Positions 16,930-26,926 are shown, counted from the stretch's first letter. The stretch: DNA of 30,380 nt from Chthonomonadales bacterium (GCA_049967475.1 JBMFSQ010000014.1:56358-86737); one strand, 5' to 3'. Program-made: numbers and translations. Notes: a model not told the origin generated them from the sequence alone.

Positions 16930-19755
16930 ATGCTGCACATATTGGTACGCACGATTGCCCTCGCGCTCGCGTCTGCGGTGATGCCGGCTCACGCATCGCG
17001 AGTTGCTCCACCTGTCCTTGCTACGCGACGGTACGTCCTCACCATGGCCGCAGACGGCACGGTGACCTCTTTCCGTGACCGCAAAACCGGTGTGGATTAC
17101 CTTGCCCACGCCGGAGGCCCGGTGCCCCTTGCCCGCATAACCCTTGGCCGGCGGTCCGTACCCGTGACGTCCCTGGTAGCGTCCGGCCCAGTTTGGAGGC
17201 TTTCCTTCGCCGATACCGGCTTCACCGCGGTGCTGAAAGCCGTGTCCCTGGGCGACTATGGAACGCTGGAAGTCCTCTCCACTCGGGGCCAGGCGACGGA
17301 ACTGCAGTTTCTGGATCTGCCGCTCACCCTAAAGGGAGTCCCAGATGAACCCTTTGCCGTGTGCGCCCTGGCTCTGAACCTGCGCACCAATGTGCCGGAG
17401 CTGCCCATGCCGTCCAGCCGCGTCCATGCGCAATGCACTGCCCGTTTTGGAATGGTGGGCGCTAAAGTTGCCCTCATCGCGTGTGCTCCCGCAGAACTGC
17501 GCCGAACGCTTCAGCGCGCCGTGGCGCATGCACCGGATGTGCCCCATTCGCCTATCGGCGGGCCGTGGGCCTTGGGCAAAGCGATCAATCAGGGCTCCTA
17601 TCTGTTCAACTTCGGAGGGCTCACCGAACGTACGGTAGGAGATTGGATCCGCCTCGCGCGGATGCTGGGCGTGAACCAGATTGACTTCCACGGAGGCAAT
17701 TCCTTCCGCTTCGGGGATTGCCGGCCGAACCCGCAAATGTATCCCAAGGGCTTGGCGAGCCTCAAAGCAGTGATTGACCGCCTCCATGCCGCCGGCATCA
17801 AGGCCGGCCTCCACACCTACGCCTTCTTTATTGACAAGCGATGCCCGTGGGTTACGCCGGTGCCCGATAGCCGTCTCGCCGCTTCCGAAACCTTCACCCT
17901 TGCCGACCCACTCGCGCCCGACGCAAAAACGATACCGGTCCTCGAGCCCACCAATGGGGTATCCACGGTAACCGGTTTCTTCGTGCGTAATAGCGTCACT
18001 TTGCGGATAGACCAGGAGCTCATTACTTTTTCGCACGTGTCCGCCGAGGCGCCCTGGCGCTTCAGCGGATGCATCCGAGGCGCCTATGGCACGAAACCAG
18101 CCCCGCACGCTCGAGGGGCCAAGGTCTACCATCTCAAGGAATGCTTCGGGCTCTTCGTGCCGGATCCGGACACCACCCTCTTTGAGGAAGTCGCCCAGAA
18201 AACTGCGGATGCCTACAACACGGCGGGCTTCGACATGATCTACTTGGACGCGTTGGATGGCGAGGATATTTTGGGCGGCGCTGCCGATGCCTGGCATTAC
18301 GGCTCCGCGTTCGTGTGGGAGCTGTGGAAGCGCCTCAAGAAGCCGGCGCTTATGGAGATGAGCACGTTCCATCACCATCTATGGTATGTGCGCTCACGCC
18401 TGGGTGCGTGGGACCACCCCACACGCAGCCACAAGGAGTTCATTGACGCCCATGTAGCCGCCAATCGGGAGTGCCGCCGCATGTTCCTGCCGGGCCAGCT
18501 TGGTTGGTGGGCCTTCCGCACGTGGACGGGCCTCCAGGGCGAGCCTACGTTCGCCGACGACATCGAGTACCTCATGAACAAGTGCCTCGGCACGGACACG
18601 GGTTTTGCCGTAATGGGGGTAGATCCAGAGACGATCCGTACCATCCCTGCGCTCAGCCGTTTAGCCGCAATCACGCGCACCTATGAAGCCTTGCGCCACA
18701 GCAGGAAGGTGGGGCCCCATACGCGCGAGCTTCTGGCGGCGCCTGCGAAGGAATACACGCTCCTGACGGGGCCCCCCGGCCCGCCGCGCTTCGCCCCGGT
18801 GGAGCACACACTCCATCGTGTGGAGGCGAAGGACGGGCCCAGCACCCAGTGGGCCGTTCGTAACCCCTTCTCATCCCAGCCGGTGCACCTCCGCCTAGAG
18901 GCTCTGATGGCCGCGGCTCCATACGACAGCCCGGACGCCTTTACCATTCCAGGCTTCACGGATCCGCGATCCTTCACCCAACGCGCCGGGGCTCCCGGCG
19001 TCGTGTGTGCCGTGAAGTCTGCTCCTCAGGGGCCTTCTATGGGCATTCGCGCCATGGAATTCACGGCAATGAACGCGGGCGATAATTCGCGCGGAGCGTG
19101 GTGCTCTGCCACAGAAACGTTCTCCGCTCCCCTGGATCTCTCCAACCGCCAGGCATTAGGGCTTTGGGTCTACGGCGACGGCAAAGGGGAACTTCTCAAC
19201 ATCCAGCTTCGTTGTCCGCCGTATCTTGTGGCAGGCATCGGCGATCACTACATACCCATTGATTTCACGGGATGGCGCTACTTCGAACTCATCGAGCCGG
19301 AAGGTCGCAGGTGGGCAGAGCACGTGTGGCCGTACGGAGATCTCTACTCCATCTACCGCGAGAGTGTGAACTTCGGCGCGGTGGCCAGCATCAATGTCTG
19401 GTACAACGACCTCCCGCCTGGGCAAACCGTGTCGTGCCTCATCAGTGAGATGCATGCGCTGCCCCTCGTGCCCACCAAGCTGATCCATCCGGCCATCCGC
19501 GTAGGAGCGCACGAAGCCACATTCCCGGTACAATTGGAGAGTGGGAGCTATCTGGAATGGACCGGCGGGAGAGCGTGCAAGGTGTACGGGCCGAAGGGCG
19601 AACTGCTGCAAGAAGCAGACGTGACAGGGGAGATCCCTTTGCTCTCCACCGGCCTCAATACGGTGTCCTTCCATTGTGACGCGCCGGCAGGTGTAAGTGC
19701 CCGCGCCAACGTGAACGTATGGGTCTTGGGACCCAGCTTCCAGGGGACGCGGTAG
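16930..19755 (+). CDS. Secreted 941-aa hypothetical protein, possible glycoside-hydrolase-like TIM barrel with a CBM-like domain
   Basis: AAGGAGG RBS and signal peptide. Barrel-like motifs YPKGLASLKAVIDRLHAAGIKAGLH and GFDMIYLDALDG. CBM11-like segment PLDLSNRQALGLWVYGDGKG...IDFTGWRYFE. Confidence 0.65.
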   Translation: MLHILVRTIALALASAVMPAHASRVAPPVLATRRYVLTMAADGTVTSFRDRKTGVDYLAHAGGPVPLARITLGRRSVPVTSLVASGPVWRLSFADTGFTAVLKAVSLGDYGTLEVLSTRGQATELQFLDLPLTLKGVPDEPFAVCALALNLRTNVPELPMPSSRVHAQCTARFGMVGAKVALIACAPAELRRTLQRAVAHAPDVPHSPIGGPWALGKAINQGSYLFNFGGLTERTVGDWIRLARMLGVNQIDFHGGNSFRFGDCRPNPQMYPKGLASLKAVIDRLHAAGIKAGLHTYAFFIDKRCPWVTPVPDSRLAASETFTLADPLAPDAKTIPVLEPTNGVSTVTGFFVRNSVTLRIDQELITFSHVSAEAPWRFSGCIRGAYGTKPAPHARGAKVYHLKECFGLFVPDPDTTLFEEVAQKTADAYNTAGFDMIYLDALDGEDILGGAADAWHYGSAFVWELWKRLKKPALMEMSTFHHHLWYVRSRLGAWDHPTRSHKEFIDAHVAANRECRRMFLPGQLGWWAFRTWTGLQGEPTFADDIEYLMNKCLGTDTGFAVMGVDPETIRTIPALSRLAAITRTYEALRHSRKVGPHTRELLAAPAKEYTLLTGPPGPPRFAPVEHTLHRVEAKDGPSTQWAVRNPFSSQPVHLRLEALMAAAPYDSPDAFTIPGFTDPRSFTQRAGAPGVVCAVKSAPQGPSMGIRAMEFTAMNAGDNSRGAWCSATETFSAPLDLSNRQALGLWVYGDGKGELLNIQLRCPPYLVAGIGDHYIPIDFTGWRYFELIEPEGRRWAEHVWPYGDLYSIYRESVNFGAVASINVWYNDLPPGQTVSCLISEMHALPLVPTKLIHPAIRVGAHEATFPVQLESGSYLEWTGGRACKVYGPKGELLQEADVTGEIPLLSTGLNTVSFHCDAPAGVSARANVNVWVLGPSFQGTR

Positions 19756-19773
19756 GAAACGTCCCCTGGACAC

Positions 19774-21165
19774 CTAGTCTTTAAGGACGTAACCCTCCGC
19801 AGCTAGAGCCTCCTCCAGGCCGGCATCACGCATCATTGCCGCTACGTCGCATGGCTGTTTTCGGGGATACGGCGGACCCTCCAGATCGGCCAGGGCCCAC
19901 GCAGTACACGCGGCTACGGCAGCAGCGCGGCACAAGGAGGGGCAGTCTACCTTATCGAACGTGTCTCCCTGCGAGTGATAATACCGACCGGCCTCATGTG
20001 GGAGCCTGCCCGATATGCATACCACAGGCAGACCTTCCAGCATGAACGGCTGGTGGTCGCTGTGGAGCCCCGGCTTGTTGTCCCACATCGCCGTCATCCC
20101 CAGCGGGGATAGTTGTTCTGCCAGGCCTTCCAGGACGGCAGGTTTGGCCGGAGCGCCGGGTGTCCAGTACCCTTGGGGCTCCCCCGTCATGTCAAAGTTC
20201 ATCACAGCAGAGTGGCGCGGCAATTCGCTTTGGTGGTTTCGGGCGTATTGTTTGCTGCCCAGGAGACCTACCTCTTCTGCAGCCCAAAGCGCAAAGCGGA
20301 TGGTCCGCTTGGGTCTCTTCTTTACGAGGGCCAGAACGCGCGCCATCTCAAGCACGATGGCAACGCCCAATCCATTATCCAGAGCCCCCTGGGCAACGTC
20401 CCATGCATCCAGATGGGCGCCGCAAAGCAGGATCTCGTCCGCGGACGATGTTCCCGGCAAATCGGCGATCACATTGCGGGCGCAGCCGGCGTGCAGGAGG
20501 TTTTTCATAGCGATGCGCACGCGGGGCCGCACTCCCTCATTCAGCAGGCGCCGCAGACGCTCGCCATCCTCCAGAGAAATGCCGGCGCTGGGGATGGGTG
20601 CCTCCGAAGCATGGCACACACCAGTACGCGGAAGCAAACCTGCAGCAGAGCTCATGATGAGGAGTGCTGCGGCACCATACTCCGCGGCCAGTGCGAGCTG
20701 TTCTGAGCGGTGCAGCTTGCGGTGGCCCTCCGGCACACCCTCGTCGCACAGAACTACGGCGCCACCGATCTCGCCGGCCATCCGGACGAAATCTTCCCGG
20801 TCTCCGTGACCCAGGTCCACCAAGGGCGCTTCCACGTGCGCATACTGAGGCGCATTTCCGTGGCTCAGCGCTGTAACGCGATAGGGAGCCGGGGCAGCGA
20901 CGCCCGCTTCCACGGTGCCCCGCTCCCAAACGGTAAGCGGAACCTCCTCGAAGCGCACCTCCTTCAGCCCGAACTGCTGGAATCGGGAGTAGGCCCATTG
21001 CTCTGCGCGCTCTCCGCCTTCGGTTCCACTGCTCCGGGGGCCGATTTCATCGCACAGGCGTCCAAGCATGCGGTAACCCTGGGGCCTGCCGAGGCATTCG
21101 CATAGGATGCAATCGGCCACGTCTTGGGGTACCACGAACCCTTCGGGACTGCTTTGCCGCTGCAT
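19774..21165 (-). CDS. M28 family metallopeptidase (carboxypeptidase Q-like) with a PA domain
   Basis: GAHLDAWD, GALDNG, AAEEVGLLGS, NFDM, SDH and YYHSQGDTFDK. TGATG overlap with the upstream kinase. Confidence 0.88.
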   Translation of the reverse strand: MQRQSSPEGFVVPQDVADCILCECLGRPQGYRMLGRLCDEIGPRSSGTEGGERAEQWAYSRFQQFGLKEVRFEEVPLTVWERGTVEAGVAAPAPYRVTALSHGNAPQYAHVEAPLVDLGHGDREDFVRMAGEIGGAVVLCDEGVPEGHRKLHRSEQLALAAEYGAAALLIMSSAAGLLPRTGVCHASEAPIPSAGISLEDGERLRRLLNEGVRPRVRIAMKNLLHAGCARNVIADLPGTSSADEILLCGAHLDAWDVAQGALDNGLGVAIVLEMARVLALVKKRPKRTIRFALWAAEEVGLLGSKQYARNHQSELPRHSAVMNFDMTGEPQGYWTPGAPAKPAVLEGLAEQLSPLGMTAMWDNKPGLHSDHQPFMLEGLPVVCISGRLPHEAGRYYHSQGDTFDKVDCPSLCRAAAVAACTAWALADLEGPPYPRKQPCDVAAMMRDAGLEEALAAEGYVLKD

Positions 21166-22802
21166 CAGAAGCCTTGCATCCTTCGGCGGTGCTCTACTTG
21201 CCGTTGGTAGAGATCCTGGAATACTTCAAACTTGGCGGCATGGTACGCGGCCGTGTGGGTTCGAGGATGGATCGTTGCGCCGGAGTGGCACATCCCTTGC
21301 ATCGCGGCGTAGATGTCGGGATAGATGCCGCATGCCGTGGCTGCGAGGATGGCTGAGCCCAAGAGGACAGCCTCGGGCTCTTGGGGAAGGATGATGGTGC
21401 AACCGGTGATATCGGCATGCTCCTGAAGCCATAAGGGGTTCTTCGTTCCGCCTCCGGTAACGTACATGCGCTCGATGCGGTAACCCGCTCGGTTCATCTC
21501 TTGGATGATATCCCGCGTGCCGTAGGCTACGGCTTGCACGACTGCATAATAACGAAGGGCTTGCGACGTGATGCTTTCATCGAGGGACATCCCTTCGATG
21601 ACTGCTCGGGCGTGGGCGTCGGCCTTGGGAGAGCGGTTGCCGAGGAAATAGGGCAGGATGTGCAGATCACGGGTAATCTCGGGCCCGCGCCCTTGTTCCC
21701 GCTGGATGCGCTCCACCTCTTGGTTGAGGATCTCGTAAACGGTAGATCCTGCCTGCCGTGCCTGGGCAAAGAGGGCAGGGGCGTTGGCATGGTCGGCGAT
21801 GATATGATCTATGGCGCTTCCCGCCGTGGACTGGCCCCCTTCCGTAAGCCACATTTGCGGCACCATGGCGCCAAAGTACGGTCCCCAAATGCCCGGGATG
21901 AACTTGGGATCTCGGGACACGGCCATATGACAGTTGGATGTGCCGCCGATGAGCGCCAGCGCGTGTTCCAGATCCTCCAGCCGGCGCTCCGACTTCCCCT
22001 CCCATACCGCACCCAAGAGCCCTAAGCCGCCGGCGTGGGCATCAATCATTCCGACGCCTACCACGCACGATGGGGTGAGGCCCAATTCCTCGGCAGAGGC
22101 TGGAGTGAGCGGGCCGAGGGGCGTTCCCATGGGGCGCACGTCGTCCACGACCTTGTCCCCTTCGAACAGATCGTCAAGCCCCACGGCCGAGAAGAAATCG
22201 CGATCCCACCGCCCTTCATGGCCGAGGTACGTCCACTTGCACACCACGGTGCACAGGCTGCGCGCATCCACTCCGCTGGCGCGGTAGGTAAGGAAGTCTG
22301 CCAGATCCAGAAACTTGCCGGCCCGGGCCCAAGTGTCCGGCAGATGCGCCTTGAGCCATTTGAGCTTGGGAGTTTCCATCTCCGGAGAGAGGCGGCCACC
22401 CACGTATTTCAGCACCTCGTGTGCGTCGGCATTGATGGCGTCTGTTTCCTCCAAGGCGCGGTGATCCATCCAAACGATCACATTGCGCTCGGCCACTCCT
22501 TCGTCATTTACAGGGAGGGGCCGGCCTTCGCCGTCCAGCACGACCAGGGAGCATGTTGCGTCGAAGCTGATGCCTGCCACCCGCGATGGAGGAACCTCTG
22601 CTTCCTCAAGAGATGCGCGGATGGCAACACCCGTGGCCCGCCAGATGTCTTCCGAAGACTGCTCGGCGTAATCGGGTTTGGGCTTCCATATTCGGATAGG
22701 CTCGGAAGCCGATGCGAGCATACGTCCCGAGGCATCGAAGATGCCGGCCCGCACACTTCCCGTCCCCACATCTACGCCAATGACAAGGGGTGCCTGATCC
22801 AT
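21165..22802 (-). CDS. FGGY-family pentulose kinase (D-ribulokinase-like)
   Basis: IGVDVGTGSVRAG, FDATCSLV, VWMDHRA, SPEMETPK, IDAHAGG, PGIWGPY, EGGQS, GNRSP and GGGTKN. GGAGG RBS before ATG 22802. Confidence 0.92.
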   Translation of the reverse strand: MDQAPLVIGVDVGTGSVRAGIFDASGRMLASASEPIRIWKPKPDYAEQSSEDIWRATGVAIRASLEEAEVPPSRVAGISFDATCSLVVLDGEGRPLPVNDEGVAERNVIVWMDHRALEETDAINADAHEVLKYVGGRLSPEMETPKLKWLKAHLPDTWARAGKFLDLADFLTYRASGVDARSLCTVVCKWTYLGHEGRWDRDFFSAVGLDDLFEGDKVVDDVRPMGTPLGPLTPASAEELGLTPSCVVGVGMIDAHAGGLGLLGAVWEGKSERRLEDLEHALALIGGTSNCHMAVSRDPKFIPGIWGPYFGAMVPQMWLTEGGQSTAGSAIDHIIADHANAPALFAQARQAGSTVYEILNQEVERIQREQGRGPEITRDLHILPYFLGNRSPKADAHARAVIEGMSLDESITSQALRYYAVVQAVAYGTRDIIQEMNRAGYRIERMYVTGGGTKNPLWLQEHADITGCTIILPQEPEAVLLGSAILAATACGIYPDIYAAMQGMCHSGATIHPRTHTAAYHAAKFEVFQDLYQRQVEHRRRMQGF

Positions 22803-22867
22803 AGGAACCTCCTGCACCATGCGGAATGCGCGTCGGGCTGCATATGGAGCCCAGCCGCTGCGCCAGC

Positions 22868-22895
22868 ATTCGCCGCAAGAGGGCCGTTTCCCTCT
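22868..22895 (-). promoter_or_regulatory. Sigma-H-like promoter candidate for the kinase-peptidase pair
   Basis: Minus strand reads AGAGGGAAACGGC-N9-GCGAAT. Confidence 0.45.
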
Positions 22896-23608
22896 TATTG
22901 GTTCCTGTGAGGATCGTACAGGTCCGTACTTGGAGGCGATCCGGGCGATTGGGCCCAGGTCTGCGGGAAGCGCATCCATCGAGCATGGCCGTCGGCGAAG
23001 GAGTAATTGGCCCCTTCTCGGTGGCGTCTGAAGGCAAGGGTGCGGGGCACAGCTTGCTGGTCGTCCCACTCCATCATCTGCTCGTCGGCATTGGTCACGC
23101 GCGGCGGATCTCCCCAGTACATGGGTTGGATAAAGTCGTTTGCAGCCCCTTCCGCCAGCTCGGCCAGTAAAACGCATTCCGCCGGCCGGACCAGATCGGC
23201 CAGGCGCACGCCGTAGTACGGCGGTTCGATGGGGATGAGGTATCCATTGAGGCCATAGGAGGAACCCCGCGGCTGCATGGCATCGCGCCATCCCGGCGAG
23301 GCATCATCCGGGCAACGGAACACCTCCCTAGAACGAACATAGGGCTGAACGGTGTCGGTCCACCGTTGAGTGCTTCCAGCGTCTTGCATCTGCATGGAGG
23401 CGGAGCAGGAACACGGAAACGTGTCGTCATGATCCGAGGTGTAGAGAGCCACGGCCATGCCCAGTTGGCGGCAATTGGAAAGGCATTGGATGGAGCGCGC
23501 CTGCTCTCGCGTGGCCGCGAAAACGGGGAAGAGGATTGCTGCCAGCAAAGCGAGAATAGCCAAAACAACGAGCAGCTCGATGAGGGTAAATGCATGACGG
23601 ATATGCAT
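22895..23608 (-). CDS. Prepilin-type N-terminal cleavage/methylation protein, DUF1559 family with H-X9-DG motif
   Basis: AFTLIELLVVLAILALLAAILFPVF, CLSNCRQLG, FRCPDD, SSYGLN and RHREGANYSFADGH. AAAGGTGG RBS before ATG 23608. Confidence 0.9.
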   Translation of the reverse strand: MHIRHAFTLIELLVVLAILALLAAILFPVFAATREQARSIQCLSNCRQLGMAVALYTSDHDDTFPCSCSASMQMQDAGSTQRWTDTVQPYVRSREVFRCPDDASPGWRDAMQPRGSSYGLNGYLIPIEPPYYGVRLADLVRPAECVLLAELAEGAANDFIQPMYWGDPPRVTNADEQMMEWDDQQAVPRTLAFRRHREGANYSFADGHARWMRFPQTWAQSPGSPPSTDLYDPHRNQ

Positions 23609-23764
23609 AGTACCACCTTTTCCATAAGGGTCATATTGTGCTGCTCCAGAGTATATCCTTCCAACATTAAAATCGGCTGAATATATTATTAGCATTCCTT
23701 AACGTCAGCACGAAGCGCCCGAGACGGGCATCGGGAGAACCTTGGCTCTTAGGGAGGTTGGATC

Positions 23765-24730
23765 ATGATCCTGCAGGCTCTCGCCGCACTGGCCGGAACC
23801 GCGACGTTCCATAGCGTAGCCTCGCTTCCCGGGCACGGCTTCACCGTGTCCACGGCGCCGGATGGGAGCGTGACCGTCGCTGAGAACGGAGTACCCGTTC
23901 TGCGCTACAACTACCACCTGATCCTCCCCAAGGGCATCTTGGCACGCGTTGCTCCGGCAGACCGCATCTACGCTCAGCCCCGCAGCGACTACATCCATCC
24001 CCTCTTCGGTTTGGATGGGGAAGAGCTCACTAAGGACTTCCCGCTGGACCATCCGCACCACCGCGGCATCTATTGGGCCTGGCCGGAGACAGGCTACGGC
24101 AAAGAGATGGGCGACCTCCACGCGCTCCAGCGTGTCTTCGCCCGACCTACCGGCCACATTCGCCTGAACAGAGGGCCGGATCACGGGGAGATCTTGGCAG
24201 AGAACCGGTGGATGTGGGAGGATCGTACAGCCATCGCTCGGGAAGAGGTGAACATCCGCGTATACCGCCTGCAGCCGGAGGGGCGCTTCGTGGATCTGGT
24301 CCTGCGCATCCTGGCGCTCCAGGACGGCGTGACGCTGGCTCGTCGCCATAAAGATCTGTACGGGGGGCTCAACATCCGCCTCAATTCGGTGGCGGATCAG
24401 CACATCGTTTTCCATACGGACCCTCCGGGAGCGGCTTCGCGCGCGGCATGGGGCTTCCTATGGGGCACCTTTGCTGGAGGGAAGCGCACCACGGCCGTCA
24501 TCGTGCTTCAGCACCCCGCCAATCCGGATTATCCAGGCGACTGGGTGCAATACCCTGAACTCAACTGGTTTCAGCCTACCTTTCCGGCTGCAAACACGCG
24601 GTTTGCCCTATCCAAGAGCAAACCCTTGGAGCTTAGATACCGCATCTGGGTCCGGCCCGGTCCGATGCCTGGGGAGGATGTTCTTCGCCGGGCGTGGCAG
24701 CTCTTTGCCCAGGGCCGACCGCCTGAGTAA
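23765..24730 (+). CDS. DUF6807 (so-called PmoA-like) family protein, probably exported
   Basis: YIHPL...DFPLDHPHHRGIYWAW, YGGLNIR, HPANP and LELRYRIWV. GGGAGG RBS and a short hydrophobic N-terminus. Confidence 0.75.
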   Translation: MILQALAALAGTATFHSVASLPGHGFTVSTAPDGSVTVAENGVPVLRYNYHLILPKGILARVAPADRIYAQPRSDYIHPLFGLDGEELTKDFPLDHPHHRGIYWAWPETGYGKEMGDLHALQRVFARPTGHIRLNRGPDHGEILAENRWMWEDRTAIAREEVNIRVYRLQPEGRFVDLVLRILALQDGVTLARRHKDLYGGLNIRLNSVADQHIVFHTDPPGAASRAAWGFLWGTFAGGKRTTAVIVLQHPANPDYPGDWVQYPELNWFQPTFPAANTRFALSKSKPLELRYRIWVRPGPMPGEDVLRRAWQLFAQGRPPE

Positions 24731-24765
24731 GAACGCAGCTTCCTAGAGGATGAAAGGAGAGGCTC

Positions 24766-26154
24766 ATGAACACTCCCCCATCACGCAGCAGACCTTCACG
24801 CAGGCAGCTTCTCAAGGCTGCAGCTTCCGTGGCCGTCCCCACCGTCGTCCCGGCATCGGCTTTGGGGCGCGCGGGACATGTGGCCCCTTCCGAGCGCATC
24901 GTACTGGGCGCCATCGGTGTGAACGGGATGGGGCAAGCGAACCTGGCCAACTGCGCCGCGTATCCCGATGTGGTGGTCGCCGCAGTATGCGACGTTGCCC
25001 AGAGCCGGCGCGACGCCGTAGTCGCCCGGTACAGGGCCACTGCCAAAGGCTATCACGACTACCGGGAACTATTGGCGCGACCGGATATTGACGCCGTCAT
25101 CATCGCTACGCCGCCGCACTGGCATGCCCTCGTAGCCATTGATGCGTGCAGGGCAGGTAAAGACATCTACCTGCAAAAGCCCATGACCCTCTACCCCGAC
25201 GAAACGCTGGCCGTACGAAACGCCGTCAATCGCCACGGGCGCATCAGCCAGATCGGGACCCAAATGCACGCCACGCCCAACTTCCGCCGCGTGGTGGAAT
25301 GGATCCGTTCCGGAAAGCTGGGGCCGGTGAGCGTTGTGCGGACCTTCAATGTGATGAACCAGGGTCCTGACGGCATCGGCTACGCGCCCAAGGAAGATCC
25401 GCCGCCTGGGGTGGATTGGGATTTTTGGCTGGGACCTGGACCCGTGCATCCCTTCAACCGCCTCCTCTTTGCCGACGCCTATTACCACTGTTCCTTCTTC
25501 GCTTACAGCGGAGGGTGGACGCCCGGGATGGCTCCGCACATCATTGACCTCCCCGTATGGGCCCTGAACCTCGGCGTGCCGTCGGAAATCAGTTGCACCG
25601 GCGGCCGCTACGTAATCAAGGGAGACGGCGACGCTCCGGACACCCAAGAGGTCATCTGGCGCTATCCCGGCGTGACCATGACGTGGTCCATGAGCTGCTG
25701 CAACAGTTTCGCCTTTGACTTCGGGCGCGGCACCCCGGCCCGGCGGCTGGGCATCTATTTCCACGCCCTCAACGGCACCCTCATTGCGGATTACGGCCGC
25801 TGTGAGGTGGTGCCCGAGGGTGACTTACTCAAGGATCACGAAGCTCCGCCCCAAACGCTTCCGCCATCGCCGGGCCACGAGCGAGAATGGCTGGACTGTG
25901 TCAAATCCCGGAAGCAGCCTAGTTGCAACGTCAACTACCATTACAAGATAGACTTGGCCATCACCCTGGCGAACCTCGCCTACCGTTTGGGCCGCGATGT
26001 GCGCTTCGATGCGAAGACCGAGCGCATTGTGGGGGATGCTCAGGCAGTCCGGCTTGCCAGACCCGTGTATCGCTCGCCGTGGCGCTTCCCCGAGGAGTAT
26101 CTGAAGCACCCAAGTGGAGGGATGCAACCCCACGCCACAGGAGACATGAGCTGA
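24766..26154 (+). CDS. Tat-exported Gfo/Idh/MocA oxidoreductase
   Basis: SRRQLLK twin-arginine signal, APSERI..GAIG..G.G, IATPPHWH, GKDIYLQKP, QIGTQ, DWDFWLGP and YRSPW. Confidence 0.9.
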   Translation: MNTPPSRSRPSRRQLLKAAASVAVPTVVPASALGRAGHVAPSERIVLGAIGVNGMGQANLANCAAYPDVVVAAVCDVAQSRRDAVVARYRATAKGYHDYRELLARPDIDAVIIATPPHWHALVAIDACRAGKDIYLQKPMTLYPDETLAVRNAVNRHGRISQIGTQMHATPNFRRVVEWIRSGKLGPVSVVRTFNVMNQGPDGIGYAPKEDPPPGVDWDFWLGPGPVHPFNRLLFADAYYHCSFFAYSGGWTPGMAPHIIDLPVWALNLGVPSEISCTGGRYVIKGDGDAPDTQEVIWRYPGVTMTWSMSCCNSFAFDFGRGTPARRLGIYFHALNGTLIADYGRCEVVPEGDLLKDHEAPPQTLPPSPGHEREWLDCVKSRKQPSCNVNYHYKIDLAITLANLAYRLGRDVRFDAKTERIVGDAQAVRLARPVYRSPWRFPEEYLKHPSGGMQPHATGDMS

Positions 26155-26251
26155 AGCGCCGAAGGCGGGAGAAGCGGCCGTTGATGTTGGCGCAATTCCG
26201 GCAAAGAATTGTCAGCGCCAGGATCGCCTTACTTGCCGCACAGATGCTTCC

Positions 26252-26812
26252 GGTTGGAGCGACGTCACGCAGTCTGCATCACGAGACCTGCACCATTGGG
26301 TCGGCCGCATCATCGTAAAGCAGAAGCCGCGGGAACACCGGTTCAACACCTCGGTGTGCCGGGCGCCCGAGGGCTTTGTGCTGGCCTATGAGAGCGACGA
26401 TCCTGCGTGGCCCCCATTCACAATCAAATTTGCCCGTTCGTCCGATCTACACACCTGGCGCCCCATCCCGCACGCCTTCTTGGGGACGGATCGCTATGCC
26501 GCGTGTCCCTGCATCCGGTACGCCGGCGGATGGTACTACGTTCTCTACACCGAGCACCGGGTTCCGCGCTGGTTCTTCGAAACCTGGATTGCCCGATCAC
26601 GCGATCTGGTGCACTGGGAACTCAGCCCGGCCAACCCCGTTCTCACTCCCAAGGAACTGGATGACGGAGTCAACACGTCGGACCCCGATATCGTAGAGTG
26701 GCACGGACACACTCTGCTCTACTACGGTGTGGGCGATCAACGCACCTGGATGAACATCAAGAGGGCGGACTTCCCGATGCGCCTCGGCGCGTGGCTGTCG
26801 AGTTGGTTTTAA
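26252..26812 (+). pseudogene. 5'-truncated beta-propeller (GH43/GH32/GH130-like) glycosidase-family remnant
   Basis: The frame is open from 26150 with no ATG/GTG/TTG until 26354. Blade motifs SRDLHHW, RSSDLHTW and RSRDLVHW plus NTSDPD begin before that first start codon. Confidence 0.6.
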
Positions 26813-26926
26813 CGCGGCGCCATTCCGACGCGATAGCGGGGTAAATGGGGCGCTTCGGAATTCTGAGACCTGCACGAGCGGCCGGCCTCAGCCGATTTGC
26901 CGGTTTCCCGGGCGGCATCTCCGCTC

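Noticed and set aside
23765..24730. Methane monooxygenase interpretation of the PmoA-like label
   Set aside because: The protein is soluble and beta-rich with no multi-TM pattern and no pmoB or pmoC nearby. The family name is misleading.
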